A stretch of 47,746 nucleotides of DNA, taken from positions 1 to 47,746 of the IMG/VR virus record IMGVR_UViG_3300035529_000008. One strand, 5' to 3'. Below are positions 37,793 to 47,086 of this stretch, one piece after another (position 1 is the stretch's first letter; every line of letters starts with the position of its first letter). Both the position numbers and the translations under genes were made by a program. The notes under the pieces are model-generated. The model was not told the DNA's origin. It searched no databases and was given only the letters and a program-made list of their open reading frames with translations. The DNA is from a virus. Its lineage: Duplodnaviria; Caudoviricetes.

Positions 37793-39922
37793 ATGCAGGT
37801 ACCCGAACTTACAAACTACGACAGATCTAAATATCAAGATTCAATAACAAAAGAATATACTAACAATATACTTGCTTATATGTCAGCAAAGCATCCTCAA
37901 TTAGATCCAGATAAAATACGAAATATAGTAATCAATATTGTGGAGAATAAATTAAACAGACCTCAATTAGCTCAAATCAATCATCCTTCATATGGAGATG
38001 CTCAATTAGATAAATTAGATCTACTTAGTACTACTAATGATATGTCTGATTCTATTGTTACACCATCAGGATCTAGATATATGAAACCGAAAACTAAACA
38101 GTCTTTTGTAAAAGAGATGATTCAGAGTGACCTTAAACAGCGTAAAATTGTAAAGAATGAAGCATTAGATCATAGTGCTAGGGGTGAACATAGACAAGCT
38201 GCAATCAAAAATGCAATTCAGACTCGTATCAAGATTGGAGTAAATTCTATTTCGGGAGCAATGAATAGTGCATATAATTGTTTATATGATCCTGCAGGAT
38301 ACAACGCCATTACATCTACAGCTCGACATGGGTGTATGGTAGGATATGGTCATACTGAAAGATTCCTGGAAGGTAATTTTTATTTTACTACAATCGAATC
38401 TATCATCAATTGGATTGTACAATTACTAAGAGTATGTCCTACTGAAGATCAGATAAATAAAATTATGAAACAATATAACTTATATCAACCTATGCCAGAT
38501 GAAGTGGTTGATAACTTTATAGATTCTCTAAAAGATTACACTATAAATATCCATAAGATCAAACTATCTTCTTTTGTAGAAAAATTACCATTTTACCAAT
38601 TAGCATTCATCTATTATGCCTGTAATCTAAAAAATATCATTCGTAAAAATGAAAAACACTTTAGACCTTGGTTAGAATATTTCTTTACTAATCCAGATAT
38701 TACACATATAGGTGAAGATATTGATCCATATGAATTATTTAAATTAGATGGTGATTTAGTAACTATGGTATCATCTATTAACCCTGAACTTCTTGAAAAT
38801 AATCCACCTTTCGATACTCCAAAAGATAGGCCAGATATAGCAAGAAAGATCATCACTATCTCTAAAGTATTTCAAACAAAGATAAGTGAATTACAAGATC
38901 TATTTGATACCTTTATATATGTAATGGTAGATTTACCTAATGCGACTAAACATAAGAATATGTTAAGAAAATGTGTCATTGTATCAGATACTGATAGTAT
39001 CATTTTTACTACTAAAAATTGGGTCGAATGGTATTCTAAAGGTATCAACTTCGAAAATACCTCATTCCAGATTAATGCTTTAGTTGTATATCTACTCACT
39101 AAATCTCTTACTCACACATTTGCAATAATGAGTATGAATATGGGAATTGAGGATAATGATCTTCGAAAAATATCTATGAAGAATGAATTCCTTTATCCAG
39201 TTATGTTACGTACTCCTATGGGTAAACATTATGCAGGTATCATTACCCAACAAGAAGGTCGTGTATATAAGAAACCTAAACCTGACATCAAAGGTAAATT
39301 CTTACGAGGATCAGATCTATGTAAAGAATCTATCAATGAAGTAAAAGATTTTCTACTACAGACAATTGATGATTATATGAACTATTCCATTTTAGATAGT
39401 CGAATATTAATCGATAGAATTGTACAATTTGAACATAAAATTATTCAAAGTATTAATAATAAAGAAACTACATACTTCGGAACTGTACCTATAAAGTTTA
39501 AAGATGATTATGCTAACTATATCTCATCTACATATTTCTATTATATGCTATGGCAAGATGTATTTGCTGAAAAGTATGGAAATATAAATATTCCACAAAA
39601 ATGTAAAGTAGTTCCTATTCACGGAAAACTATTGCGCAAAAAGCATACGATTGAAAAAATTATTAGTATGGATAAAGTTGTAGGAGAAAAATTGATAGCT
39701 TTTCTTGAAAAGTATAAGAATAAGAACATTACTCGAATAATTATTCCACCAGGAATCGATGTACCCCACGAGATAGTAGATACTATCAACATAAGGACTA
39801 TCGTTTATTCTAATGCTTCTCCATTCTACTTGGCACTCAGAAGTCTAGGTATAGGTATCATGTTCAAAGGTAAACAGAATATCTTATCTGATATGTATAG
39901 TACTACCCATTTGGAAATGTAA
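37793..39922 (+). CDS. Family B DNA polymerase, phiKZ-like split catalytic subunit
   Basis: QTRIKIGVNSISG (KxxxNS), AITSTARH, VIVSDTDSIIF (DTDS), ISMKNEF, KHYAG, DIKG motifs; no exonuclease domain. Confidence 0.88.
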   Translation: MQVPELTNYDRSKYQDSITKEYTNNILAYMSAKHPQLDPDKIRNIVINIVENKLNRPQLAQINHPSYGDAQLDKLDLLSTTNDMSDSIVTPSGSRYMKPKTKQSFVKEMIQSDLKQRKIVKNEALDHSARGEHRQAAIKNAIQTRIKIGVNSISGAMNSAYNCLYDPAGYNAITSTARHGCMVGYGHTERFLEGNFYFTTIESIINWIVQLLRVCPTEDQINKIMKQYNLYQPMPDEVVDNFIDSLKDYTINIHKIKLSSFVEKLPFYQLAFIYYACNLKNIIRKNEKHFRPWLEYFFTNPDITHIGEDIDPYELFKLDGDLVTMVSSINPELLENNPPFDTPKDRPDIARKIITISKVFQTKISELQDLFDTFIYVMVDLPNATKHKNMLRKCVIVSDTDSIIFTTKNWVEWYSKGINFENTSFQINALVVYLLTKSLTHTFAIMSMNMGIEDNDLRKISMKNEFLYPVMLRTPMGKHYAGIITQQEGRVYKKPKPDIKGKFLRGSDLCKESINEVKDFLLQTIDDYMNYSILDSRILIDRIVQFEHKIIQSINNKETTYFGTVPIKFKDDYANYISSTYFYYMLWQDVFAEKYGNINIPQKCKVVPIHGKLLRKKHTIEKIISMDKVVGEKLIAFLEKYKNKNITRIIIPPGIDVPHEIVDTINIRTIVYSNASPFYLALRSLGIGIMFKGKQNILSDMYSTTHLEM

Positions 39923-39933
39923 AATATAGTCAT

Positions 39934-39976
39934 ATATAAAAGGATACCCTCAGTATATGAGGGTATCCTTTTATAT
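39934..39976. terminator. Bidirectional terminator-like hairpin
   Basis: atataaaaggataccctca-gtata-tgagggtatccttttatat between convergent genes. Confidence 0.8.
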
Positions 39977-39989
39977 GAATAGATATACG

Positions 39990-40454
39990 TTAAGATACTT
40001 TTTTCATCTTATCTGCTTCAGATTGAGCTAATTCATCTACTAGATTATTCTTTTCACAATCACTATGTCCTTTTACCCACACCGCTTGTACTATATGTAT
40101 TTGTAAAAGTTCATATAACTTCTCCCACAGATCTCGATTTTTAACATCTTGCGGTTTATTACCTTTCCATCCAGAAGTTATCCAATTTCTATTTTTCCAA
40201 ATATCAATCCATTTATATTGGATAGCTTTAACGACATATTGACTATCTGAATATACAACAACACGAGAAGGATCTTTAAGTGAAGATAATCCTTCAATGA
40301 CTGCAATGAGTTCCATTCTATTATTTGTAGTATCTAAAGCTCCACCAGAAAGGATATGGATATTTCCATCAGCCTTTTCTATATGAGCAGCCCAACCTCC
40401 AACATTATGTTGACGTTTATAGCTACCATCAGTATACATAATTACTATATCCAT
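39990..40454 (-). CDS. rnhA: Ribonuclease HI
   Basis: YTDGS, TTNNRMELIAVIEGL, YSDSQYV, VKNRDLW, WVKGHS, NNLVDELA motifs; ATG at 40454. Confidence 0.95.
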   Translation of the reverse strand: MDIVIMYTDGSYKRQHNVGGWAAHIEKADGNIHILSGGALDTTNNRMELIAVIEGLSSLKDPSRVVVYSDSQYVVKAIQYKWIDIWKNRNWITSGWKGNKPQDVKNRDLWEKLYELLQIHIVQAVWVKGHSDCEKNNLVDELAQSEADKMKKVS

Positions 40455-40520
40455 AATTTCCCCTATATTTAGATATCTGTAGAGTTTCCAATATAATAGT
40501 CCAAATGTATATGAATTTAT

Positions 40521-40556
40521 ATGAGTATATCTCCCGATATCGGGAGATATACTCAT
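40521..40556. terminator. Perfect 36-bp palindrome, terminator-like
   Basis: atgagtatatctcccgatatcgggagatatactcat, after the lysis-region operon. Confidence 0.75.
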
Positions 40557-40576
40557 CGATATAGATATCTAAAAAG

Positions 40577-41131
40577 CTACATCTTTTGTAGATGTTTATA
40601 AGTAGCAAAGATAGTCAATACACCAACAGAAAATGTAACTATACCAGCAATTACTTTTGCTAAAAATATATACCCACGAGTAGCACTCTTAAAGGAGTCT
40701 ATAGTTGTTTCAATCGTTTCCACTTTTTCTGAAATCTGGGTCAATTGATTATTTATCCTATTGATACTTGTCTTATTTGTTGTATTATTTGTAGACAACG
40801 ATTGAAGAGACTTAGATAGATTTTTAGTAATAGTTATTATATCTCTAAATTTATCTTTACAATCCCCTTCAAACGTAGTAAACATTTCAATTCGATGTAG
40901 TACTGTTTGTAATTGGGAAGTCAATTGAATAATATCTTTACTTGCAATCTCTAACTTTTCAGCAATATCTTTAATTGATGTTTTATCTACATTCTCTTGT
41001 GTAGATAGGGTGGTGATGGATTGAGTATGTTTGTCAATACTTTCGACTAACTTTTCAATACGACGTTCTATCTGATTCCGCCATTCGTATTGGAGTTTTT
41101 CTACAGCATCTAAATTAGAAGAAGACATCAT
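40577..41131 (-). CDS. Coiled-coil protein with C-terminal transmembrane anchor
   Basis: Long heptad repeats followed by YIFLAKVIAGIVTFSVGVLTIFATY. Confidence 0.75.
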   Translation of the reverse strand: MMSSSNLDAVEKLQYEWRNQIERRIEKLVESIDKHTQSITTLSTQENVDKTSIKDIAEKLEIASKDIIQLTSQLQTVLHRIEMFTTFEGDCKDKFRDIITITKNLSKSLQSLSTNNTTNKTSINRINNQLTQISEKVETIETTIDSFKSATRGYIFLAKVIAGIVTFSVGVLTIFATYKHLQKM

Positions 41132-41201
41132 AAGTTTCCTTTGTCAGATTTAGTATAAATACTGATGTATATATTTTTAATTCCATACTATATATTTCCC
41201 C

Positions 41202-41459
41202 CTAAATCTTTTGATAATTTATATCTTCTTTCTTTTCGGAAACCCAAATAGTATCAAGTTTCTTAAAAGAAAATATATCTCTGTTGATATTTATCATTCG
41301 TGATTCGATAACTTTTAAATGAGTCGTTACACTTTTTAGCTTCGACCTTATATCATCATTAAGTAAACTATTTGAATTTAATATTTCTATATTTTGTGTA
41401 CTATCTTTTAGAATATTTCCTAGTTTTGTATCAAGGGAATCAGGAAATGTAGATATCAT
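41202..41459 (-). CDS. Hypothetical protein
   Basis: 85 aa, ATGA overlap with the upstream gene. Confidence 0.6.
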   Translation of the reverse strand: MISTFPDSLDTKLGNILKDSTQNIEILNSNSLLNDDIRSKLKSVTTHLKVIESRMININRDIFSFKKLDTIWVSEKKEDINYQKI

Positions 41460-41968
41460 AACTTATCACCTATAGATGGTCGTCGTTTTGTCGAATGTAT
41501 AGTATTCTTAAACGCGGCACCGAAGAAGTAATTTACAATCGGACTTAAAATAGATCCTAAGATAAAAACTAATACGATATCGATATATCGACTATTCTCT
41601 TTCGATACAACAGTAAGACATATTCCAATACATATAAATGATAAAACGATAAGTACAAATGCTAGATAATAAATAAAATTCTTATCGATATGTGTAGGCT
41701 TATCATCTTTTTCATCACCTTCACATACCTTTTGTATAGTATCGATAATTATATCTATATGTTGATGCATTCGAGAATTGATATTGCCTATTTCCAACTT
41801 ATCTAAATTTTGCAATTTAGTAGGATTAGATAAATCAAGATTTGTATACTCTTTAACGATACGTATACTCTCTTCACAGATATCAGGTCTTATATAAGGT
41901 AACAATTCATCTACATGCAGTATACCTTTTTCCTTTGCAAGAAGTATAGTCGAAATGATATTTTTCAT
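41456..41968 (-). CDS. Two-TM membrane protein, holin candidate
   Basis: TM segments FIYYLAFVLIVLSFICIGICLTVV and IVLVFILGSILSPIVNYFFG, basic C-tail; directly downstream of the peptidase; gaggtg RBS. Confidence 0.6.
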   Translation of the reverse strand: MKNIISTILLAKEKGILHVDELLPYIRPDICEESIRIVKEYTNLDLSNPTKLQNLDKLEIGNINSRMHQHIDIIIDTIQKVCEGDEKDDKPTHIDKNFIYYLAFVLIVLSFICIGICLTVVSKENSRYIDIVLVFILGSILSPIVNYFFGAAFKNTIHSTKRRPSIGDKL

Positions 41969-41989
41969 GATATAACCACCTCAAATCTA

Positions 41990-42496
41990 TTATGCTCCAA
42001 CTATACGGATACTTCCATCGGCATTACCACCATTAGATGTATCGTAATGAAACCAACTCATATTATCGATCCATTCTATTCGAGTAATATCAACAAAAGG
42101 TAAAGCTTCACTATCTTTCCGTTGTCTAAATCCAGGTTCAAAGCATCCGATAGATTTCATATATTCTCGTAACGCTTCAGGTCCACCAAGATCGTTCCAT
42201 TTTAGATCATTCGCTTTACCATATTTATGCATAGACAACTTACTACCTTCAGGACAATCAAATGGTCTCAATCCTGAGTATCTAAAATTTCCACCCCATT
42301 TCCAATTATTAATAATTACACTAACCTTAGAAAAAGATCTTGCATTGAGATATTCCCAAATTTTATCTGCAATCATTAAAGATTTTGAATCTAAAATTCC
42401 CCATAATAAATATAACAATCCTTTTTTGTTATATTCGTTGTACAATTCAGGATAAACTAATTCGTGTAATTTGTAATGTTTACAAGTATAGATCAT
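41990..42496 (-). CDS. Peptidase M15-like protein, probable endolysin
   Basis: INNW..GG...SGLR, SMHKYGKAND (SxHxxGxAxD) and WFHYD Zn-ligand motifs. Confidence 0.8.
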   Translation of the reverse strand: MIYTCKHYKLHELVYPELYNEYNKKGLLYLLWGILDSKSLMIADKIWEYLNARSFSKVSVIINNWKWGGNFRYSGLRPFDCPEGSKLSMHKYGKANDLKWNDLGGPEALREYMKSIGCFEPGFRQRKDSEALPFVDITRIEWIDNMSWFHYDTSNGGNADGSIRIVGA

Positions 42497-42716
42497 ATCT
42501 AACTCCTATTTAAATTGTTACCAATATCTATTAATTATAAGATGTTTCATTTTATAACAGTTCAGTACCAATTATGATTCTGAAATATAAACTATAATAT
42601 ACAAAGAGATGTGTACATGAAATTTTTATATAGATCAATATAAAATGAGTGTAAACATCTGCAATATGTGTATTATTTGTTTATTTTTTTAACATCCTCA
42701 AAAGGAGAAATTAACT

Positions 42717-43382
42717 ATGGCACTTTCCGATTACACCCAGATTGCATCGATTATCCAGCTGTCTACTGCTCCTAAGGCTACTTGGGATAGTGAAGATCCT
42801 ATTCTGCCCGAGGGTATGCCTGGTTGGGAGTCTGACACCAAGAAGATGAAGATTGGTGATGGCGTTACCACTTGGACAGGTCTGGCTTACACTGTCGATG
42901 CTACGCTCACTCCCGAACAGAAAGCTCTGCTGGACAATGCTGGTGCAGCTAATGGTGTCTCTGTTCTGGACGCTAATGGTCTTATTCCGCTGGATACTCT
43001 TCCTGACCAGGCTAAGTCTCACATCAAGTACATAGCTGACATTCCGTCTCGTGATGCTGTCGATGAAGCGGATCGTCATTTCATCTACGTCGTCCTGGAT
43101 GCTTCCGGTGATGCGACTGTAGAATCTGGTGCAGCTACCTATTCTTGGGATGATACTAATTCTGTATGGGTCAAGCTCTCCGAGTTTGAATCCATGGATA
43201 TCGATTTCTCCGTGTTCTTTAACAAGACCACTGAGACTCTGGATGATATTGCAGATGGTACTCAGTATATCAGGTTTACTCCTGCCGAACGTACGAAGTT
43301 GGCTAAGGCTATGGTGACAGACGAGACATATCGTTTCGTTTCGTTGAGTCCTGCTGAGATCAACGCAGCTATGGCTGAGTAG
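42717..43382 (+). CDS. Fibre/decoration-type virion protein with Mtd_N-like N-terminal domain
   Basis: W..EDPILPEG.PGWESDTKKMKIGDGVTTWTGLAY motif; ANGVSVLDANGLIP repeat typical of fibre proteins; aaggag RBS; high-expression codon bias. Confidence 0.75.
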   Translation: MALSDYTQIASIIQLSTAPKATWDSEDPILPEGMPGWESDTKKMKIGDGVTTWTGLAYTVDATLTPEQKALLDNAGAANGVSVLDANGLIPLDTLPDQAKSHIKYIADIPSRDAVDEADRHFIYVVLDASGDATVESGAATYSWDDTNSVWVKLSEFESMDIDFSVFFNKTTETLDDIADGTQYIRFTPAERTKLAKAMVTDETYRFVSLSPAEINAAMAE

Positions 43383-43408
43383 TCTGAATCATAGACACAA
43401 CTTGATTT

Positions 43409-43444
43409 AAGAGAGAGGGAACTTCGGTTCCCTCTCTCTTTTTT
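43409..43444 (+). terminator. Strong intrinsic terminator with cUUCGg tetraloop
   Basis: gagagagggaac-ttcg-gttccctctctc followed by tttttt. Confidence 0.9.
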
Positions 43445-43541
43445 GTTATTTATAAATCTAAATCTTATTTCACTACATTTTATGTACAAGATATAAATAT
43501 ACTATGTATTTATTAACTATAAAACTAAAGGTATATGCCAC

Positions 43542-45560
43542 ATGAAAATCTCTATCAGAATGAAGCTGATTATCTTATCGTGTATAAGTATATTGTTAAC
43601 TAGTATATGTTCGTATTTTACAGCATATTACTATATACAAAAAGGATTAAATACTAAATTTAAAGAAAATATAGAATATGCACAATTAACAGTATCAGAT
43701 ATCATACAAACTAAAATAGAAAAATATAAAAGTATAGCTAAACTATTACAAACGAATGAAGAGTTAGGTGCAGATATATATTTAGATCTTCCACTAGATA
43801 AATATGGTAAAGTGTTAAATGACACTATACATGCTTCATATATCACAATTACGAATAATGATGGTATCGTATTATATAGATATCATGATTCAGCAGTTGG
43901 AGATAAATTATCAGAAATAGCTCCAGCACTTGATGGTAAGTTATATACTTATACATCTAAAGGGGACTATAGTAATTTAGCAATAAAAATAACTGGCCCT
44001 TTATATTCTGAAGGTAAAATTGTTGGAACTATCACTATTGGAGAGATATTAGATTCAGAACAATTAGTAGACCATATAAAAGAGATTACTGGATATGATG
44101 TTACTATATTTGACAATAGAACTCGATTGATGACTACCATAAAACAGAATAACCAAAGAGCTATAGGAACACAACTGACTGATCCTGAAGTTTTACGTAG
44201 TCTATTTACTAACAAGATGTTATTCCTTAAAAAAGTTAAAGTACTCGATATACCTTATTTGACTGCATATTGGCCTATACTTAATCAGCAAGGTAAAACT
44301 ATTGGTTCATACTTTATCGGTAAATCTGTAGCAGCTATTGATGAATTGATACATACAGTATCGATATCTATATTGTTGATTGTAGGAATCATATCTATCA
44401 TTCTTATAGTCGTTGTCATATATCTTTCATCTAAGATCAGTAGACCATTGAAATCAATAAAAGATTATGCTGAAACTATAGCTACAGGAGAATCTTGTGA
44501 TAAATTAGAGATTACTACTAAAGATGAACTAGAAGATCTCAATGAAGCTATAGGGACTATGGTAGATATGTTAATTGAAAAAATCAATGAATCTGACCGT
44601 GCACAAGAAGTCGCGAAACAGGAAACACAAAAAGCCATAGAAGCTACTAAAGTTGCTGAAGAAGCTAAGATAAAAGCAGAAAATGCTAAACGTGAAGGTA
44701 TGTTACAGGCTACTAATCAATTGCAAGATATTGTAGATATCTTATCTTCTGCTTCTGAAGAACTCTCTGTACAGATAGAACAATCTGCTCAAGGTGCTAA
44801 AAGTCAATCTGATCGTACAACTGATACAGCTACAGCTATGGAAGAGATGAGTAAAACGACTATAGAAATTGCTTCAAATACTTCTAACGTATTTAATGTA
44901 TCTAACCAAACTTCTGATGAAGCAAAATTGGGCACTGAAGCTGTAGTTAAAGTCATGGATGATATGGATCATGTCCAAAATATGACAGAAGTATTGACAA
45001 CTGAAATGTATACACTCAAAGAGAATTCAACTAAAATCAATAAGATATTAGAAATTATTAATGATATAGTCGATCAGATAAATCTATTATCTCTTAATGC
45101 TGCCATTGAAAGTGCTCGTGCGGGAGAAGCTGGAAGAGGATTTGCAGTTGTTTCTGATGAGATTAGGAAACTAGCAGAAAAGACTATCAATGCTACTGGA
45201 GATATCGAAAAGGTAATTCTTGATGTGCAAAAAGCTGTTGATGATAATGTATCAAATGTATCTACTATCACTACCGCAGTAACCAAAGCTAAAGAAGATA
45301 CTAATGTAGCTAATGGTGTATTGACTAGTATCGTAAATATGGCTGAAGATGTAACAATACAAGTACAATCTATATCTACAGCTTGTGAAGAACAGAGTGC
45401 AGTATCTAATGAAATCAGTGAAACTATTAATGCTATTAGTGAAATTGGTACAGAAACCAGTACTGCTATGAATGAATCATCGTTGGCTATCAATGAGTTA
45501 TCTCAACAAGCTCAAAAACTTAAACAACTAATTGACCAATTACGATCTGACAATTCATAA
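43542..45560 (+). CDS. Methyl-accepting chemotaxis protein (TM-Cache-TM-HAMP-signalling domain)
   Basis: TM1 [24 protein letters not shown]; Cache-like DVTIFD..TRLMTTI....RAIGT; TM2; HAMP ISRPL...DEL; hairpin [38 protein letters not shown]; methylation-type SEE, MEE, CEEQ sites. Confidence 0.95.
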   Translation: MKISIRMKLIILSCISILLTSICSYFTAYYYIQKGLNTKFKENIEYAQLTVSDIIQTKIEKYKSIAKLLQTNEELGADIYLDLPLDKYGKVLNDTIHASYITITNNDGIVLYRYHDSAVGDKLSEIAPALDGKLYTYTSKGDYSNLAIKITGPLYSEGKIVGTITIGEILDSEQLVDHIKEITGYDVTIFDNRTRLMTTIKQNNQRAIGTQLTDPEVLRSLFTNKMLFLKKVKVLDIPYLTAYWPILNQQGKTIGSYFIGKSVAAIDELIHTVSISILLIVGIISIILIVVVIYLSSKISRPLKSIKDYAETIATGESCDKLEITTKDELEDLNEAIGTMVDMLIEKINESDRAQEVAKQETQKAIEATKVAEEAKIKAENAKREGMLQATNQLQDIVDILSSASEELSVQIEQSAQGAKSQSDRTTDTATAMEEMSKTTIEIASNTSNVFNVSNQTSDEAKLGTEAVVKVMDDMDHVQNMTEVLTTEMYTLKENSTKINKILEIINDIVDQINLLSLNAAIESARAGEAGRGFAVVSDEIRKLAEKTINATGDIEKVILDVQKAVDDNVSNVSTITTAVTKAKEDTNVANGVLTSIVNMAEDVTIQVQSISTACEEQSAVSNEISETINAISEIGTETSTAMNESSLAINELSQQAQKLKQLIDQLRSDNS

Positions 45561-45564
45561 ACAT

Positions 45565-45596
45565 ATAGGAAGAGGGATTTATATCCCTCTTCCTAT
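45565..45596 (+). terminator. Terminator-like hairpin after the MCP gene
   Basis: ataggaagagggat-ttat-atccctcttcctat. Confidence 0.8.
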
Positions 45597-45680
45597 TAAA
45601 AACTACATTTTCCAACTATTTAATAAATACCTTATTTAACATGTAAAGTAAAATTTACGATATTATAGGAGGATCTTATT

Positions 45681-46688
45681 ATGCTTAATTTTGATAAAAC
45701 TATAGAAGATCTAAGATCAGTATCTAGTAACGTATGTGAATATTTAGATACGAAGAAATATCTACAAATTTTTACAGAAGAATCTCTTACTGATGAAGCA
45801 CTTTTACAAACTTGTTATGAAATAGTTATAGATGATCTATTGGAGATAGGTATCACTTTTCATTGTGACTTAGTTGACCTATTTACTAATTTCTACGATA
45901 TGGAAACTATCTGGATGTTGAAATTGATATTTTCCATAGAACATTTAAAAAATGTATTAGAAAATGACTCTGAACTACGAGAACTAGTTTCTACTATTAT
46001 CTCTGACGAATCAGATCAAAAATTGATTAGAGTTTTAGAAACTCTTACATATACATATCCAGATAATGAAATGTATGATCGTGTATATAAATTCTTAGAA
46101 GATAAAGTTGTAGAAACTGGCGAATTTATTATCTATATAGAAAATGTAATTGATCTTTCAACTCAATTATTAGATTTCGATGAAATTCCTGATGATGATA
46201 TGGCAAAGATAGATCAACTTATCCATCATGTACAAACTTCTCAAAATAAAGCTAAAGAGATATTTGATATAGCTGCAGAACTATATCCCGAAATAGATAC
46301 CATTAGACTTAATAGAGATTATAAAAGATATAATAGAGATAAATTGTATCCAAATAATATCAATGCCTATGCATGGTTTGTGGATATAGAATTATCCAAT
46401 ACTGAATTATATCCTCACGAAAAACCTTTATATGACAAATTGGATTACGAACATAACGTTCGTAATAATCACCATATTGAATATTATGAAAATCTTCCAC
46501 ATACTACTATATCTAAAGAGGATGTCTTAAATCTATTAGCTAATTGTTATGAACCCAACAAATCCTCTAGTAAAGGAGATATCATAAAGAAGATGGATGA
46601 TATCTATCATCAACTGATACTTAAACATGATGTATTTGATACTTATTCAGAATTTATTAAACAGCTAGTAGATAGGATAGATCTATGA
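45681..46688 (+). CDS. Hypothetical acidic protein
   Basis: 335 aa with aggagg RBS; ATGA overlap with the next gene. Confidence 0.8.
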   Translation: MLNFDKTIEDLRSVSSNVCEYLDTKKYLQIFTEESLTDEALLQTCYEIVIDDLLEIGITFHCDLVDLFTNFYDMETIWMLKLIFSIEHLKNVLENDSELRELVSTIISDESDQKLIRVLETLTYTYPDNEMYDRVYKFLEDKVVETGEFIIYIENVIDLSTQLLDFDEIPDDDMAKIDQLIHHVQTSQNKAKEIFDIAAELYPEIDTIRLNRDYKRYNRDKLYPNNINAYAWFVDIELSNTELYPHEKPLYDKLDYEHNVRNNHHIEYYENLPHTTISKEDVLNLLANCYEPNKSSSKGDIIKKMDDIYHQLILKHDVFDTYSEFIKQLVDRIDL

Positions 46689-47086
46689 TCCCTACCATAT
46701 ATACGGGATATTTTGCTAAAATAAAAACATATCCTAAAGAAGCATGTATAGTCTCCATAGCTAGATATACTCCTCGATGGTATAGTGGATCGATATATAA
46801 AGGTATAAGTCCTAGTATTGATCTCCTCTTGAAATACAAATCGGGTAGGATCACAAAACCTCGATATATACAACAATATATATCCGAAACATTTCCTACA
46901 CCAGATAGTCCTCATATCCATCTCAATAACATCTACCAACTCTGTAAAGATCACCAAATTATCATATTGTGCTGTTATGAAAAGTCTAATGATTTTTGTC
47001 ATCGACATATCTGTGCAAAGATGTTAAATCATTTTATCAAAGTACAAAAATTACATATATCAAAAATAGAGGAATATCTCGTATGA
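46685..47086 (+). CDS. DUF488-like protein
   Basis: IYTGYF, VSIARYTP, SPS..LL, ILCCYEK..DFCHRHI motifs. Confidence 0.75.
   Translation: MIPTIYTGYFAKIKTYPKEACIVSIARYTPRWYSGSIYKGISPSIDLLLKYKSGRITKPRYIQQYISETFPTPDSPHIHLNNIYQLCKDHQIIILCCYEKSNDFCHRHICAKMLNHFIKVQKLHISKIEEYLV

Noticed and set aside
43542-45560. MCP as contaminating host chromosome
   Set aside because: Composition and codon style match the phage, it is flanked by phage-type hairpins and genes, and there is no other host gene or att/IS signature; read-level confirmation is still advisable
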